NCBI GenBank assembly: GCA_963811105.1
Contig: CAWEPZ010000002.1
Coordinates: 384,001-448,000, forward strand
Length of the DNA stretch: 64,000 nucleotides
Origin: Candidatus Bathyarchaeota archaeon
GTDB lineage: Archaea > Thermoproteota > Bathyarchaeia > Bathyarchaeales > Bathycorpusculaceae
Direction of reading: 5' to 3'
How positions within the stretch are numbered: position 1 is the stretch's first letter; each line of letters opens with the position of its first letter. The notes beneath the pieces were generated by a model that was not told the DNA's origin, searched no databases, and saw nothing but the letters and a program-made list of their open reading frames with translations. Made by a program: the position numbers and the translations under genes. Positions 62,201-64,000 of the stretch are shown here, in pieces.

Positions 62201-63383
62201 TCTCCCTTTTCATTTCGCCCTCAGCTTTTTTGCGCTCTGCAATATTCCGGCTCACTCCCAGGAAGGCTTTGGGTTTTCCATCTCTGTTTCGAAGCACAGT
62301 GAAATTAACTTCGGTCCAAACTGTTGAGCCATCCTTACAATACTGTTCTAATTCATAATAGTTTGAAGGAACCGCTCCTGTTTCCCAAAAACGTTGCAAG
62401 TCTTCAAGAACTATTCGCGCAGAGTCTGGAGTTAAGGCTTCCACCATTGATTGACGTAATACATCGTCTGGGGCGTAGCCTCTTAGCTGTAAGACAGATG
62501 GGCTCACATATGTGAAACGGCCCTCTAAATCCATCGTCCAAATCACATCATGCACATTATCTGCTAGTAGACGATAGTGTGACTCGCTTTGAGTTATTGC
62601 CTCTTCAGCTTTCTTGGATTCGGTTATGTCTGTTAAGTTGCTTACGATTTGCTTTAATTTGCTGTTTTCCCATAACTGGGAAAAGGTGTGGTTAACCCAT
62701 TTTGTTTCGCCTTGTTTGGTTAAAATTCTGTATTCTAAGGTTTCACTTAACTTGGTTGTTAATGCCGATTGAAAGACTTTCTGCACTCTTTCAAGGTCAT
62801 CTGCGTGAATAATCCAAGGGATTTTCCCTACCAATTCGTTGGGTTCATAGCCTAAGACGTTTTTGCAAGATGGGCTTAAGAAAAGAACTACTCCGTCCGC
62901 TTGAGTGAGCATTATGACGTCTTTGCTGTTAGTTACCAAGTTCTTGAAGCGTTCTTCACTTTGCCTAAGCATCTCTTGCGCAATTCTTTTTTCAAAACTA
63001 TTTAAAATAACGTGTTTAAGTTCACCATAGACTGTCTCGGGGGTGCCTTGCTTGTTGATGTATCCGTCTGCGCCTAGGTTTAATGCTTCTACGGCTACTT
63101 CCTCTCTTCCTTTACCAGTAAAAAGTATAAAGGGAATTTCGTTTTTTGATTTACGCAACTCCATTAGGAATTGGAGCCCATCTTTTTTAGGCATCTCATA
63201 ATCAGAAACTACAACATCAAAATTTCCAGCTGCCAGTTTCTTGAAGGCATCCTCCACACAACACGCGTTGTCAATTTCAAAGTTGCCCATATCCATTAGA
63301 ATCTGCTTAGAAATCTCCAGCGAAGACGGGTCATCATCAACATGCAAAACATGAATAGCGCTATTTTTGTTTGACGGCGCCAA
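59235..63383 (-). CDS. Hybrid REC - multi-PAS - GAF-like - histidine kinase
   Basis: N-terminal REC (VDDD, SDYEMP, FTGKG); about seven PAS repeats; RHDVRNKL; DDGVG; GFGL. Confidence 0.92.
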   Translation of the reverse strand: MAPSNKNSAIHVLHVDDDPSSLEISKQILMDMGNFEIDNACCVEDAFKKLAAGNFDVVVSDYEMPKKDGLQFLMELRKSKNEIPFILFTGKGREEVAVEALNLGADGYINKQGTPETVYGELKHVILNSFEKRIAQEMLRQSEERFKNLVTNSKDVIMLTQADGVVLFLSPSCKNVLGYEPNELVGKIPWIIHADDLERVQKVFQSALTTKLSETLEYRILTKQGETKWVNHTFSQLWENSKLKQIVSNLTDITESKKAEEAITQSESHYRLLADNVHDVIWTMDLEGRFTYVSPSVLQLRGYAPDDVLRQSMVEALTPDSARIVLEDLQRFWETGAVPSNYYELEQYCKDGSTVWTEVNFTVLRNRDGKPKAFLGVSRNIAERKKAEGEMKREREALRESEERFRTIFEGASEGILVADVKTKSFVFANFAMCELTGYSLKELLLLGVDDIHPREDLSNAVGEFANQTKGKVILASDIPVLRKDGKVVYCDVTSKVSRIWNQECLVGFFRDTSERKQCEIEEKAKSNEIRGIFDGIGDLLFVMDKNRVITKVNKATCDAFKKEPEELIGKHCYEIVHGTKAPWCNCPATKTFETKQIVTEEVNDPNLGIPLLVTTSPILDDRGEIAQVIHIAKDITTLKLAEMEMHISANLFDAASDSIMVHDLDGKLFYFNEAAHKTRGYTKEEFQALSIQDLEVPSKSEFFGSQMKELLDNGEATFEAANLCKDKTVIPVEIHAQVIEFDDQNLVLSEARDISERKAAEEKLRESQEKYETTFESSMDALMLLDEKGFFDCNTATLSLFGYTSVEEFTKNHPADLSPTLQPDGSSSLELANNHIKKALSTGKDSFFWIHKRTDGTTFPADVLLTRLHLNNRDVLQATVRDVTELKKAQDEQSRLLHDMGERVKELNCIYGISKIFEKSDVLLKNALIETVKLLPLAMQYPDIACAKIVVENQTFSTKNFNETQWILQSDINVNGKRTGFVEISYLEERPVVGEGPFMIEERNLINVVAERLGKTIERKQAEADLKQAEEKHRTLLTAANVLVQSVDAQGKYVFVNEEWKKTLGYTDMDLEGITIMNTIQKDHLQYCMNVFKQVMNGTCIRDVETVFVTKDGKEIVVSGNACPIFKDGKFVSTVAFFVDITERKKNEKKLEESNQRIELMNEKLRVVGSLTRHDVRNKLSAVTGYAYLLKKKHADQADIMEGLSKMEQAVKETVRIFEFAKMYEQLGAEELTYIDVEAKLNEATTLFSGSLAKIINECHGLTVLADSFLRQLFYNFIDNTSKYGQKTTTIKVHCEKTSQDSLKLVYEDDGVGISTENKPKLFSEGFSTGGSTGFGLFLTKKMIDVYGWGIEENGEPSKGAKFTITIPKLNKSGKENYQTA

Positions 63384-63659
63384 ATCAGCTACTTCTACAC
63401 CTATTCCGTTCTGATCGAGGTGTTGTATTATCCTTACCCCAACTTAACTAGTTAATGAATTTGTAATAAGTCAGTTATGAATTTAGAATACTCAAACGCA
63501 GACTACTTCAATTAGAGACAGAATTGAAAAAGCATGCGTTTGCACGCTTATCGTGAAGGTTCTTAAAGAAAAAACTATAGTTTTTCGTTTCTTGCCTTAA
63601 CTTTCACTTTTTTTTAACATTGCTCATGGTCGCTGCATTTAACCGGTTTTGAGGAATTG

Positions 63660-63825
63660 AATTTTGATGAACGGACAATTTTTATTGCGCACTAAGCAGC
63701 CTGTGCAGTGTGATACTTCGCCCCTTTCTTGTAAGGCACTCCTGTAAATAGGACAGATAGGCTTTGCAGATTCCACAGTTCATGCCACACGGCGCAATAA
63801 ACCCAAAAGTAAACACTTTAGCCAT
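63660..63825 (-). pseudogene. Degenerate DUF3795-like Cys-rich gene
   Basis: APCGMNCGICKAY, then across frameshifts SHCTGCLVRNKNCPFIK. Confidence 0.55.
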
Positions 63826-64000
63826 GTCTCTCTAATGATTGGAAAAATTAATTAGAATTACACAATTAAAGAGGATTTGCAAAAAGAGAACCCCGGTTTA
63901 GGATCACGAAAATATGATTAAATATAGAAAACGCAGTAGATAGAATTGTGGTGCACTTTGTTACTGTTGTTGACTGTTTGCAAATCTTCTTTCAAATACG

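Noticed and set aside
1-64000. CRISPR array or cas genes; rRNA
   Set aside because: No regularly spaced direct repeats, cas motifs or rRNA-like sequence observed.

Overview
Archaeal chromosomal window, most likely Bathyarchaeia (TACK). This is inferred from a Cys-bearing Cren7, a TFB, a CdrS-like RHH gene, an archaeal tRNA-Arg, a large PQQ-like beta-propeller surface protein and several PAS histidine kinases. Layout: (1) 1-17 kb is an accessory and regulatory zone with gene relics, an IS5 remnant, wHTH-tfb and a two-component cluster. (2) 17.5-27.2 kb is a housekeeping block (trm11, prs, lplA, cysS, methylthiotransferase, cdrS, alkD, GT2, ThiI-like, tRNA-Arg(TCT)); several genes here carry single-base insertions that look like consensus errors. 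(3) 27.2-40 kb is a decayed integrated element starting at tRNA-Arg, carrying a second CdrS-like RHH gene and NikR-like/ZnuABC cargo. (4) 40-56.5 kb is a patchwork island: hemerythrin, a radical SAM pair, a permuted papain-like protein, a metal/redox cluster and an IS remnant. (5) 57-64 kb holds two sensor kinases. The most striking unexplained signal is a family of degenerate, highly base-paired non-coding elements at 41.05-41.42, 42.3-42.6 and 44.55-45.18 kb, with end-to-end closing helices, covarying hairpins and 3' T-tracts. It looks like an undescribed multi-copy large structured RNA. All calls are from reading the sequence; no database searches were run.
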